A stretch of DNA of 64,000 nt. Origin: Octopus sinensis (taxonomy: Eukaryota). Below the pieces are notes generated by a model. That model did no database searches. It had not been told where the DNA came from and saw only the letters and a list, made by a program, of their open reading frames with translations. Shown here piece after piece: positions 49,482 through 61,964 of the stretch. The stretch's first letter is position 1; each line of letters starts with the position of its first letter. A program made the position numbers and the translations under genes. The stretch is from contig NC_043013.1 in NCBI RefSeq assembly GCF_006345805.1, positions 43,772,001 to 43,836,000 of the forward strand, read 5' to 3'.

Positions 49482-49697
49482 GTATATGTGTGTGTGTTTG
49501 TGTTTGTCGCCCCCCCCCCAACATCGCTTGACAACCGATGCTGGTGTGTTTATGTCCCCCGTAACTTAGCGGTTCGGCAAAAGAGACTGATACAATAAGT
49601 ACTAGGCTTACAAAGAATAAGTCCTGGGGTCGATTTGCTCGACTAAAGGCGGTGCTCCAGCATGGCTGCAGTCAAATGACTGAAACAAGTAAGAGTA
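49281..49697 (+). mobile_element. SINE family A, near full length
   Basis: Consensus match. Confidence 0.92.
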
Positions 49698-49699
49698 AT

Positions 49700-49935
49700 T
49701 TGAAAGAAATTTGTAGAAAATTACATAAGGAATACCCATTTTTCTGAAAGATATGAGAAAACAAGGATGACTCGTGTGAGTTTTCCAAAACTTCTCACCT
49801 CACCCTCGGAAAAACAGAAACTTTTCACCACAAATTCCGATATAATTGCCATTTACATTATCTGAAGCGTATTTGTAGAAAATTTCATTAAAAATGTCAA
49901 TTTTTCTGGAACTTACGAGGAAACAAAGTCGGGTG
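49700..49935 (+). mobile_element. HINE/MITE-like dispersed repeat
   Basis: Related to the reverse complement of 21130-21345 and to 37800-37915 (GAAAATTTC...ACGAGGAAACAAAGTC). Confidence 0.5.
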
Positions 49936-50166
49936 GATGGGTGGGTGTCACAATGATGCAAGCATTCCTATTACGTTGTGAAATTTTTTGGTCATAGGAG
50001 TGTTTGATAAGAGTTCACACGAGTCTAAACAATATTCGAATCTATTGTTTATACAGGTACTGCTTCATAACTTTTATTGCTATTGTTACTGTTGAACCGT
50101 GACCAGTACCGATCCTGTAGTTTCAAATGCCGTTCGCGGTTTAAAAAAAAACAAAATAAAAAAATA

Positions 50167-50560
50167 GACGCAGGAGTGGCTGTGTGGTAAGTAGCTTGCT
50201 AACCAACCACATGGTTCCGGGTTCAGTCCCACTGCGTGGCATCTTTGGCAAGTGTCTTCTGCTATAGCCCCGGGCCGACCAATGCATTGTGAGTGGATTT
50301 GGTAGGCGGAAACTGAAAGAAGCCCGTCGTATACATGTATATATATATATAAGTGTGTGTATATATGTTTGTGTGTCTGTGTTTGTTCCCCGTAGCATTG
50401 CTTGACAACCGATGCTGGTGTGTTTACGTCCCCGTCACTTAGCGGTTCGGCAAAAGAGACCGGTAGAATAAGTACTGGGCTTACAAAGAATAAGTCCCGG
50501 GGTCGATTTGCTCGACTAAAGGCGGTGCTCCAGCATGGCCGCAAGTAAAAGAGTAAAGAG
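50167..50560 (+). mobile_element. SINE family A, full length
   Basis: Consensus match. Confidence 0.92.
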
Positions 50561-50829
50561 AGAGACCGAAGTAACGAAAATGAAATCGTTTAATTTCGTT
50601 TTACAATTTACAGTGAAGTGACGAGAACAATACCAGAGCTTCTAGTCGGTTCTTTTGGTACAACGCAGTAGTCGTGAAGGATTTTGTATCACACGCAAGC
50701 CACCAAATTTGCCTGCTCAGTGGTGTTCAATTGTTTGGTGTAGTATGTTGGAACGGTATATTCGAGCTAGTATTTCTGAAATATTTAAGATATTTGGCTG
50801 CTATTTCAGGCAAACCAGGCAGCTACATA

Positions 50830-51188
50830 CCGTATTTTAACGCGTATAAGGAACTCCTAATTTGGGGAGCTTAAAATTTGGAAAAAAGGTTTTAAAAGGG
50901 ATTATGTGGTCGAAATTAAGATTTTGAAAATGTGATTCGTGGTTTAGATGTTGTTTCTAGCATGTCGAGTTTTACTGCTTAGATACTTTTTACGTCTGCT
51001 ATTTTAGTAGGAGGGGAAGGAGTGTTTATTATTATTATTTTTTTTTTCTTGAAAAATTGAAATTTTACAAAATTTTATTCAGAATCATAATCTCCGTATT
51101 TTAATACTATCAATGTATAAGAAACTCCCATATTTTTAAACCTAATTTTTGACAAAAAAAAGGGTTCCTTATACATGTTAAAATACGG
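50830..51188. mobile_element. pogo/Tigger-like MITE (TA TSD), chimeric
   Basis: TA-CCGTATTTTAACGCGTATAAGGAAC ... GTTCCTTATACATGTTAAAATACGG-TA; the middle is shared with 53856-54065. Confidence 0.75.
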
Positions 51189-51304
51189 TAGCTCCTTACT
51201 CCTTTCATGTTGGCTCGCTGTTGCTGTATTGTTAATGCCTACCTTCTCATTTTCGAGGAGGAAGTTAGAAGTGTACATTGAATTGATTATATTTGTAGGG
51301 ATTC

Positions 51305-51532
51305 AAGGCGGCGAGCTGGCAGAGACGTTAGCGCGCCGGGCGAAATGCGTAGCCGTATTTCGTCTGTCGTTACGTTCTGAGTTCAAATTCCGCTGAATTT
51401 GCCTTTCATCCTTTCGGGGTCGATAAATTAAGTACCAGTTACGCACTGGGGATCGATGTAATCGATTTAATCCCTTTGTCTGTCCTTGTTTGTCCCCTCT
51501 GTGTTTAGCCCCTTGTGCGTAGTAAAGAAAAA
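51305..51532 (+). mobile_element. SINE family C, monomer
   Basis: 17-bp TSD TATATTTGTAGGGATTC at 51288-51304 and 51533-51549. Confidence 0.95.
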
Positions 51533-52679
51533 TATATTTGTAGGGATTCGGAGATAGTGAACATGTATAGCATATATAGCGAGCAGTTGCTGTTTAGCCC
51601 TAATTCAGACCCTAATCAAATAGACCTATCATCAAAGATATTTCAGCTGTGACCGTTGTTCCTTCTTTTTAAAGTATAGTGTATCCAAAACCGCAGCAGC
51701 CAATGTAACCTAGAGTGTGATTTGAGGGCGATTTAGCAGCTATTTCGAGCGGTTTGATCGAACACAAATAGGCTTCCACTTCACTCATTGTATCATAGTT
51801 GTTGTTGGACCACAGATTAACAGATTGAGCAGACCGATGATTAAAGGCGAATTGATAAGATGATACGCAAGTTCTAGAACACGCCTGGGCAGAGGTTGAG
51901 TGTCTAGCATTAGAAATGCCAGGTTCTTCGTTTCATTTTGCTAACGAAAGCAAAGCAGGTAAGTAGGTAGTTCTCCTCTACGATCTATAAAAGATTAGTG
52001 GAAATTAGGATCGACAGACGAGCAGTACTCCTTGAATCTGCTGACCAGTGACCAGCAAACTGCGTTATGCCGGGCAGCAAATATCGTAAGATTTAACTGA
52101 CGAATCGTGCTGTCGGTTTGATAGTTTATATAAGATTATCTGTAGATTACAGTTATCTCTATATATACACCAGCTGCAAGAAACCTTTGTTACACTCCAC
52201 TCCTATCCTACATGTGCAAAGCCGCGCGTATATACACACTAACACACTTAAGATGCACACACGCACGTACACGTACACACACATCTCTTAGACTTTCTCT
52301 TCCACATGAACATATATAAATTAGTGTTATTCCCGTCTGTATGAGTTAGGCAACTACTCGAATTTGCTCAGATGAACTTAGCCATTCCATAAATAGAGGA
52401 CGATTAAATGAAGACGAGACAAAGTACTGAGGTCGGTATATTTGATTGAAAAAACCCTCCAAGAAGCGCCCAGTATGACTCAAATCAGCGAAAAGAAATA
52501 AAAGGATAGACTATATTATTTAGACGGGGGGAAGATAGATGGAAGAGAAGATATATAGTGAGCGAGAAATATTTGCAAACGCGGGACAGCCATGGAACAA
52601 TGGTATTGTTTACAAAATACTAGGCTGTGACAGTACTTAATACAATTAACTATTCACTCGCTTAACTTGGACAGCGTTA

Positions 52680-52705
52680 TCTCTCTCTCTATCTCTCTCG
52701 CTTTC

Positions 52706-52743
<38 letters not shown>

Positions 52744-52860
52744 GCTCTCTCTCGCTCTCTCTCGCTTTCTCTCTCTGTCTCTCGCTTTCTCTCTCTGTCT
52801 CTCGCTTTCTCTCTCTCTACCTCTCTTTCTCTCTCTCTACCTCTCTTTCTCTCTCTCTAA
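52680..52860. repeat. (TC)n compound microsatellite
   Basis: Direct inspection. Confidence 0.95.
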
Positions 52861-53244
52861 CACACACATACGCCTACAGAAGGTCGAAGGGAGGTCACTA
52901 TCATCGACGAATTTTTTTTTCTTTGACATAGAATGGAATGAGTGAAAATATCTGTTCGCTTTTATACATATTTTTTTAAAAAACCATAACAAGTAAACAG
53001 CAAGTTATTAGATACACGTTTCTAGAGAGTCAGCTACTGGTTCACTGCATTTCTGAAAGGGAAATTGATTATAGCTCGGTGCAGAGCAAATATCACAAGG
53101 TGCTTCGTTCGAAAATCACCGAATTTCGGTTTTCTCGCCGGCCGGTGTTTACAGCCTTCGCCGTGCACATCGACAAAATACACACACATTCATCATACCA
53201 GCTTTTGGAGAATAAAGTAAATTTTTACCGAAGACCAGAGTTTT

Positions 53245-53540
<296 letters not shown>

Positions 53541-53542
53541 AT

Positions 53543-54247
53543 GGTGGAGGTAAAGGACATGGACCACACCCACTTTCGGGGGGGGGGGGGGTTCTTCCCC
53601 TACAGAAACCCACTTTTTCGACTGCGGATATTCCGAAGCTGCAAAAAACAAAAATCGACATTTCAAAATTTATTCTTTTTTCTTTTTTGGTAATTCGTAT
53701 ATAGAAAGTGGATCTTCGATTTGGCTGTTGTTTCTAGCTTGTCGGACTTTCAGGTTGGAGCGTACTTAAAAATTGAAGATATTGAAAACCCCAAAAGCAC
53801 GTTTTCAAAATTTTCGTCGTCGTCGTCGTCACCCCCCTGGCAAAGAAAAAAAAGGGTGGTCGAAATTAAGATTTTGAAAACGTGATTCGTTGTTTAGATG
53901 TTGCTTCTAGCATGTCAAGTTTTACTGCTTAGATACTTTTTACGTCTGCTATTTTAGTAGGAGGGGGAGGGAGTTTACTATTATTATTATTATTATTTTT
54001 TTTTTTTTTTTTTGAAAAATTGAAATTTTACAAAATTTTATTCAGAATTATAATCTCTGTATTTTTCTACGTATTTCGCCAAAAAAAAAAGTGAAAAATT
54101 AGGTGGGTGGGTATTCAAATTTTGAAATGCCGCTTTTTTTTTTTTTGCCGATTCGGAATCTCCAGTCGAAAAGGTGTGTTTCTGTAGAAAAAAAACAAAA
54201 TGAAAGTAACAGAAATTGGGGTGTGGTCCATGTCCTTTAACTTCACC
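53543..54247. mobile_element. MITE with ~150-bp imperfect TIRs
   Basis: GGTGGAGGTAAAGGACATGGACCACACCC versus GGGGTGTGGTCCATGTCCTTTAACTTCACC. Confidence 0.8.
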
Positions 54248-54269
54248 TATATACATTATACACACACAT

Positions 54270-54662
54270 ACGCAGGAGTGGTTGTATGGTAAGAAGCTTG
54301 CTTCCCAACCACATGGTTCTGGGTTCGGTCCCACTTGGTGGTGCTTTTAGCAATTGTCTTCTACTTTAGCCTCGGGTCAACCAAAGTCTTGTGAGTGGAT
54401 TTGGTAGACGGAAACTGAAAGAAGCCGGTTGTATATATATATTTGTATATATATATATATATATATGTGTGTATGTATCTGTGTTTGTCCCTCCACTATC
54501 GCTTGACAACCGATGTTGGTGTGTTTATATCCCCGTAACTTAGCGGTTCGGCAAAAGAGACCGATAGAATAAGTACTAGGCTTACAAAGAATAAGTCCTG
54601 GGGTCAATTTATTCAACTAAAGGCAGTGCTCTAGTATGGCCACAGTCAAATGACTGAAAGAA
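54270..54662 (+). mobile_element. SINE family A, full length
   Basis: Consensus match. Confidence 0.9.
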
Positions 54663-55578
54663 TATATATTCCTGAAGTTAATTACTCAGAGATGCCATCT
54701 GCAACAAAACCAAGATTTAATGTAGTGATCTTCAAATATTTATTAAGAATTATTTACGGAGTAAGAGAAAAGACAATATTAGAACATTGATTCTTTATTG
54801 TAATAATTTTGACAATCCAAGACATATTTTGGCTTTACTAGACTCTTGTTAGACTTCAACAGTCAAGCATAGATGTGAAACTATGTTCAAGTAATAATGA
54901 TTTCAGATTTAGGCACAAGGCCAGCAATTTCGGAGGCAGGGGGCTAGTCAATTACATTGACTCCCTGTGCTCAACTGGTACTTATTTTATTGACCCAAAG
55001 GGATGAAAGGCAAAGTCGACTTCGGCAGAATTTGAAAAGATGGACAAAATGCCACTAAGCATTTTGCCCAGTGTGCTAACGATTCTGCTAGCTTGTTACC
55101 TCAAATGTTAAAATAATGATGAGAGAAATATTAGTGTACAGTGGGATTGAACCTAGAACCACATGAGAACCAAACCTCATGCCCGTATCTACAAATTGAT
55201 TTCAAATACAGATACATAGCCTCAAATTTGAGGTAGGGATATTGTTGATTATATTGATATAAAAGCTAGCATTACAACAGCTAAATTAGCCCTGTTTATA
55301 AAAGTCCTAAATAGGTTGCATATATTATATCATATCTTGATACTGCATGACTAAGACATCTGTTGACAGGCCCCTGATATTTAAAATGAAACGTTAACAT
55401 TTTTCTGTAGCTATTGTAATTAACAAGTATATAAACAGATTGGCTGCTCATTTCTCTGGGACTGGTCAAATTGATGTAAACACTTCGGATGAGAATTCAA
55501 TAAGATTTGAAAATCAATTAAGCTTGTTCATCTATTTTCCAATCTACAGAGAAACACTTGTTTATAAAAGTACTATTA

Positions 55579-55626
<48 letters not shown>

Positions 55627-55837
55627 CACACACACACACATGCACAGTTCTCTATTTTTTTTCATTCTCATTCTGTTTTCTTTCCTCTCAATCTTTTCTC
55701 GCAAAGAGTGTAAGCTTCAAACGTCAAAGACTTTTCCATTCTTCCTAAGTGTTAAACTAATACACCTGCTTGTTGTTCCCTCACCTGCCTTCATCTTTTG
55801 TTTTCTGTAAATTTGAACTATATGCATATATATATAC

Positions 55838-55872
<35 letters not shown>

Positions 55873-55878
55873 TATACA

Positions 55879-56800
55879 CAGGGTGTGTAAGATATTTGAG
55901 GACAGATTTATGTTTATAAAAAAACATATAATAACATAACTTTATTTATCAAAAAACGTTATGAGGATAAAAACAAACCTTCTTTTCTATAATGTTATTC
56001 AATAAAGCCACCCTCAGCTTCAACAACTGCTTCTATATGAGATCTAAATCATCTGCATGCTCGAATCAAGTGGTCCTGATATATTTTGGACATTACTCTG
56101 ACTATGGCAGCTTTCAAAGAATCTTTGGTGTTATAGGCATTTCCATTGACCTCTCTCTCAACGATGCTCCACATGTAATAGTCCAATGGATTGTGATCTG
56201 GGAAATTAGGAGGCCAAATGTTAGGGGTTATGTGATCATGAAAATTTTCAGCCATCCATTCCTGTGTTACTAGATCCATGTGTGATAGTGCAGAGTCTTA
56301 CTAAAACACATATGGCCTTCCATTGCATACACAGGGCTTAAAAATTATTTCTAGGACTTCAATGTAGGTAGCAGAGTTAACTCTAAGGCCTGTGGAAAGG
56401 AGGCATCACGTGTTCTTTGCTGACAATCCTTAAAAACATGACAATTGCAGGAAATTTTGTATGCATAACACTTGGAACTTCAGAAAAGTCTGTACATAAC
56501 CATCTGTCATTTCTTCTGTTAACTTTTTGATCTTGGTCAAAGTTTTTCTCGTTTGAGAAAAACCAAATCAAACCTGCTGCTGGATTTTTCAGTTTGTTTA
56601 AGAGCCTTTTAGATCTGGTGTAGTGATTTTATTTTGCTTTTTTTAGACAAATTGACCTTTCTTCATCATATAAGACTTATATCTGATGTCTTTGTGGACA
56701 ACATTTCTGACTGTTCCTTCTGACACATGGAGATCTTTTGTAGTTGATTTTGTGGACTTTCTGGGATTGTAATCAATGGTCTGTTGAACTTGCTGGATAA
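55879..56800 (-). mobile_element. maT/DD37D-like mariner relic, truncated where the PLE palindrome begins
   Basis: HTH region DLHVSEGTVRNVVHKDI; IWFFSNEKNFDQDQKVNRRNDRW; WPPNFPDHNPLDYYMWSIVE; terminal CAGGGTG. Confidence 0.88.
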
Positions 56801-56968
56801 TATATATATATAATTCACATAAAAATATTGTGTACGTTAAAACACATTAAGAAGCTTCCAAATAGGAAAGCCTTGTGCTAGAAAGAGCAGTAGAAAACTC
56901 AAACCACTAATTAGTGATAAATTCTCAAAAGGAATGAAAATTAAAAACATTTACCATCTAATTTAGTT

Positions 56969-57036
56969 CCTAGACCATGGTTTCTGACTAATTTCAGTTA
57001 AAAAAATATTTACTGAGGCCAGTCTTCATCAGTAGG
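56969..57036 (-). ncRNA. Type I hammerhead ribozyme motif (mirror copy)
   Basis: Reverse complement of 57228-57294 with one extra base in the helix II loop. Confidence 0.75.
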
Positions 57037-57227
57037 TAGCCTTTAGATTTTAAATATACACACAATGAGATCTGCTTGTAAACTCGCTGCCTGTATATTC
57101 TAACTATTCAAATCCACTGTCGCTGGAAATAAACTGCATCTGCGCAGTGGATTTGAAAAGTTAGAATATACAGGCAGCGAGTTTACAAGCGGATCTCATT
57201 GTGTGTATATTTAAAATCTAAAGGCTA

Positions 57228-57294
57228 CCTACTGATGAAGACTGGCCTCAGTAAATATTTTTTAACTGAAATTAGTCAGAAACCATGGTCTAGG
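57228..57294 (+). ncRNA. Type I hammerhead ribozyme motif, canonical C3-G8 core
   Basis: CCTA-CTGATGA-(long helix II: GACTGG/TTAGTC, TCAGT/ACTGA)-GAAA-C-CATG-GTC-TAGG; predicted cleavage after C57290; A-A mismatch at the base of helix II. Confidence 0.8.
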
Positions 57295-57736
57295 AACTAA
57301 ATTAGATGGTAAATGTTTTTAATTTTCATTCCTTTTGAGAATTTATCCCTAATTAGTGGTTTGAGTTTTCTACTGCTCTTTCTAGCACAAGGCTTTCCTA
57401 TTTGGAAGCCTCTTAATGTGTTTTAATGTACACAATATTTTTATGTGAATATATTCCTGAAGTCAATTACTAATTGACTAATTTTTTTGTGCTAGGCCAC
57501 TGGTAATAATAATTTCTATAATTCTTATTACCCTAATATTATATATACATATATATATATAAATCCCTTACTTGAAAACAGGTATGGGCTGGCATCAGAA
57601 AGAGCATCCAGCTGTAAAAATCCTGCTTCAATCTCCTCTTTGTAATCCATGCTAGACATTAAATGAAACATACCAAAAGAAAAGCCCCAAAACAACCATA
57701 TATGTACATACGTACACACACACATACATATATATA

Positions 57737-59307
57737 CAGTGGGGGAAAATAAATATTCGTACATTTCAAAATTCTTTATTTAATTTCTAATGAACATAAA
57801 TGGGATATACCAATACTATATTTGCATACACATGCATAAACTAAGAATATGCAACAGAAACTAATAAATCATAGTAACTAAGGAATTTATATTCAATTAT
57901 AAATATTTAGGGGTGAAAAAAGTATTTGTACAGAACATAAATAACTGATAATTCTGATTTAATACTTCGTAGCATAACCATTATTCAGTTCCACTTCAAC
58001 CAATCTCTTCTTGTAGTTCTTAATCAATGACTTGCATGTTTCTTTAGGAATTTTTTCCCATTCTTCTTGACAAATTTTCCTCAAATCTGCAATGCACATT
58101 GGGGCTCTTGAATGAATTTTAATTTTCAAATAATGCCACAAATTTTCAATGGGGTTCAAGTCAGGTGACTAGCTTGGTCATTTTAATAATTTTATATTGT
58201 GATCGACAGTCCATTTTTTGGTAGACTTCGCTGTGTGCTTAGGATCTTATCCTGTTGTAAAACCCACCCTTCACAAAGCTGGAGTTTTTTTACAGAGTCC
58301 CATAAATCATTGTTCAAAATATTTTGGTACATCTCTGCATTCATTCTACCATCTATCACATGTAAATTGCCAGTACCATTTGCAGAGAAACACCCCCACA
58401 CCATGATGTTTCCACCTCCAAACTTTACGGTAGGAGTTGTTTTTCGGTGAATAGGCGGTACCATCTTTCCTCCAAACAATTCAATTTTCGACTTGTCTGT
58501 CCATAGAACATTTTCCCAGAATGTATCAGATTTATCTTTATGTTCATAAACAAATTTTAAATGGGTATCTCTATGCCTTTTAGTCAACAGCAAAGTTTTT
58601 CTAGGAGAGCGTGATTTCAGTTCATCCCTATGAAGTTCATTGCTGATTGTTCATAGTGTAACACTAGTCCCTGAAGCTAACAAATCTTCTTGCAACTCCT
58701 TTCTGGTGATCATTGCATTTTTTCCGATTCTTTGCTTCATTTTTCTTAAAGATCTAGGGGAAATCTTGCGTGGTGATCCGGATCTTATTCTGTTTTCAAG
58801 AGATCCCAATTTTTTTATATCTTTGAATAAATGAAGATATGGTAGAAAATGGAATACAAAGGGTCTCTGATATTTTCCTGTAACTTTTGCCTGCTTTCCA
58901 CTGTTCAATAATTAAGTTTTTCACTGAATTTGTGAGTTCTTTACTTTTCGCCATTATTACGATACTACTTTATGTTGTCTCAATGCTGAATGAAGAAGCT
59001 AGTGTTTTGACACTTAAAAATGACAACTGATAAGATTATTGGAACAAACAAAGTTCTAGTAAAAAAAAAATTATTTTAACAGTATTTTGTGGCATAGAAA
59101 ATCATAAATTTATTCTGTACGAATATTTTTTTCACCCCTAAATATTTATAATTGTATATAAATTCATTAGTTACTATAATTTATTAATTTCTTTTGCATA
59201 TTCTTAGTTTATGCATGTGTATGCAAATACAGTATTGGTATATCCCATTTATGTTCATTAGAAATTAAAGAATTTCGACGTGTACAAATATTTATTTCCC
59301 CCCACTG
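57737..59307 (-). mobile_element. Full-length Tc1-family (DD34E) transposon with long IR/DR TIRs
   Basis: ~210-bp TIRs beginning CAGTGGGGG; TA TSD at both ends; 1571 bp. Confidence 0.95.
57959..58954 (-). pseudogene. Tc1 transposase, frameshifted
   Basis: MAKSKELT...; RSGSPRKISPR; VLWTDKSKIELFG; PTVKFGGGNIMVWGCFS; LQQD; NPIENLW; ends NNGYATKY. Confidence 0.9.
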
Positions 59308-59559
59308 TATATATATATATATATATATATGGCCTGCTTGCTTAGCCAGCGGGGTGGCGTCATTTGAGGGCTAAAAACAATGCGAAGTGCATTGTAACCA
59401 GCGATGTGTAGCAGCATCTGATGGCCTGGTCAGTCACGGTGATATATATATATATTATATATATTGTGTGTGTGTGAATGACACCCAGATAGAAAATAGG
59501 GGCCGAGTAAGTACATAGAACAGCATGATAACATGGATTAACAATATCTGTTCCAAAAA

Positions 59560-61300
59560 ATACAAACAAGGTCACTCACAAAAGAGTAGGAAGCTCCCTC
59601 TTGGACAATCAGGGAACCCCAAAATCAGACCATCAAGCACTTCCACTCACCTGACTAAAATCTTCAGGTAAAAATTTAACTACTGTTCATAACTTGCACT
59701 TACTTTTTCTCAAATTTGTATGAGAGTACGACTTCCCTCTCTGCCTTTCTACTTCAAGTGGTACTTGAAAAGTTGAGTGCTTCGTAGAAGAAATAGAGTT
59801 CAGGCCTCAACTATTTTAAACATAGCCACCGCAATCTTTTTTCACCATAGCCACCAAAGAGAAGAAAAACCATCTGCTCCTGCTTGTAAAAGATGCCTGG
59901 TTGGTGTCTTGTGAAGAAATTTGACCAACGGCTGGATTTACCCAATATACGCTAACAGCTGTTCAATATAATACCACCTGTCAGCAATGCTAGAAGCACT
60001 AAATAAATGCATAAAGAAAAGCTCCACTGCTCTTCATGTATCTTAGACAGGCTCAACTGGTGGCACTTTCATGCTCATGGGACTCACCCTTGACTGGCAA
60101 CGTCTCCTCTTCCTGTGTTGGGAAAAATCTGAATGGCCCTATTGTTTTTATAGATATTAAGATTTGGAAGTCCATTTCAAATGCTAATTATGGTCTCCCT
60201 ATATTGTTTCACAAGGCGGCGAGCTGGCAGAATCGTTAGCACGTCTGGTGAAATGTTTAACGGTATTTCGTCTGCCGCTACGTTCTGAGTTCAAATTCCG
60301 CCGAGGTCGACTTTGCCTTTCATCCTTTCGGGGTCGATAAAGTACCAGTTTCGCACTGGGGTCGTTGTAATCGACTTAATCCCTTTGTCTGTCCTTGTTT
60401 GTCCCCTCTGTGTTTAGCCCCTTGTGGGTAGTAAAGAAATATATATTGTTTCACAAAATCATGATCAGCAATTGGCCCCTGTCTTCACTCATACCTCTTT
60501 CTTTGCTATGTTTTGGCTTAAGCCTATCATGACTCTCACATGTTTTAGTTCCATAAATTGAACCATCATGCTACGAGTTAGTATATACTGAATTTGCAAT
60601 GACTTTTTCACCTTCCACTCCATCTTTAGCACTAGCCTAATGTTCTAAAACCTTGGCCCTGTTCCCTGTCTGACAAAATGTCTTGTCAAACAGGACTTTT
60701 GCAAAAACTGTCTTTCCTTCTAATTCAAAAAGCAGAAATATATAACTGCTTTCCTCTACTTCACCTTGACAAACTCCTCATGTAGCAAGACATTATTCTT
60801 TTATGGTGCCTCACCCATTGTTCCTTCTCAAGGATTTTTACCGAGTCCTGCTCTTTCCACTTACTACTGCTGTTGGCCAAAGTTGTTTTGTTCATGCCTT
60901 TATTTCTGTCAATCTTGGTTAAGCAACAGCCATGTCTGCATTAATGCCAGCCATATTTATATTATTGTCACACTGAGAATACCTCTCTTTTAACAGATTC
61001 TATATTTTGTTTTTAAATTTCTTTCCAAATCTGTTTTTGAGGCAAGGGGCATATTTCTCAGCCTCCCCTATATTTAGAGAACTGATATCACCTGATAGTG
61101 AAGCTTGCTCCAAGTGATGCTTTTAGGGTGGCAGCAATTTTGGATCTGTTGTATAAGCCTGTATAAGCTGTATTGCCTCAGGCAGCACACACTTTAGCTA
61201 TTCCACTGATATCCTTATTTGAGAGCCTCTTTCATGGTTTGCTTTAGATTCTTAAAAAAAATTTTTTTAGAATTTCTCAGCAGAAATTTTTAATAGTCAA
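59560..61300 (-). mobile_element. Ancient decayed Tx1/L1-clade ORF2 (late RT and C-terminus)
   Basis: Remnants WKEQDSVKIL, ETLPVKGESHEHESA, ACLR, IEQLLAYIG and FKYHLK are colinear with 46000-47400. Confidence 0.65.
60215..60441 (+). mobile_element. SINE family C, monomer
   Basis: 15-bp TSD TATATTGTTTCACAA at 60200-60214 and 60442-60456. Confidence 0.95.
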
Positions 61301-61486
61301 AACATACATACACGCTTTTTGCCCTCAAACATGAGAGAAAAACAAAAAGTAGACTCTAGATACCATCTAAAGATAAATCTCAAACAAAACCTGCTTCTTC
61401 GGACAATGAGAAAATAGCCTCAAATTCTAAGTTGAAATGCAAATTCTGCGGCATCTGTCTTATTTGATGTAAGTTATTATGAATGA

Positions 61487-61712
61487 GTGGAGGCACATGG
61501 CCTAGTGGTTAGAGCAGTGGACTCGCGGTCGAGGGATCACGGGTTCGAATCTCAGACCGGGCGACGTGTGTGTTTATGAGCGAAACACTTAAGTTCCACG
61601 CAGCTCCGGCAGAAGGTAATGGCAAACTTCTGCTGACTCTTTCGCCACAACTTTCTCTCACTCTTTGCTCCTACATCTTGCAGCTCACCTGCGACGGACC
61701 AGGCATGGCTGG
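61487..61712 (+). mobile_element. SINE family B variant, internally deleted
   Basis: Matches 35719-36025. Confidence 0.88.
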
Positions 61713-61908
61713 CAAAGTCCAATCTCTTATCTTATCAGTCATTAGACTACACCCATTATAAAGAATTTTAGTTGAACGAATTGACTCCTGTACTTATTTC
61801 CTTTTTAATGCCTGGTATTTATTCTATGGGTCTCTTTTGCCAAACTGCTAAGTTACAGGGACGTAAACACACCAGCACCAGTTGTCAAGTGGTGGGGGAC
61901 AAACACAT

Positions 61909-61943
<35 letters not shown>

Positions 61944-61964
61944 ACAGGCTTCTTTTCAGTTTCT

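Larger units (their letters stand above)
56813..57450. repeat. Long palindrome: two inverted Penelope-type pseudo-LTR copies
   Basis: Arms 56813-57119 and 57145-57450 with a 25-nt spacer; about 5 substitutions and 1 indel. Confidence 0.95.

Noticed and set aside
21410-52000. Recurrent motif CGACCTGCTAGAAATAGCAGCCAAAT (about 21493, 26890, 32232, 34970, 48163, 51725) as a regulatory element
   Set aside because: Best explained as the tail of an old dispersed SINE-like repeat.
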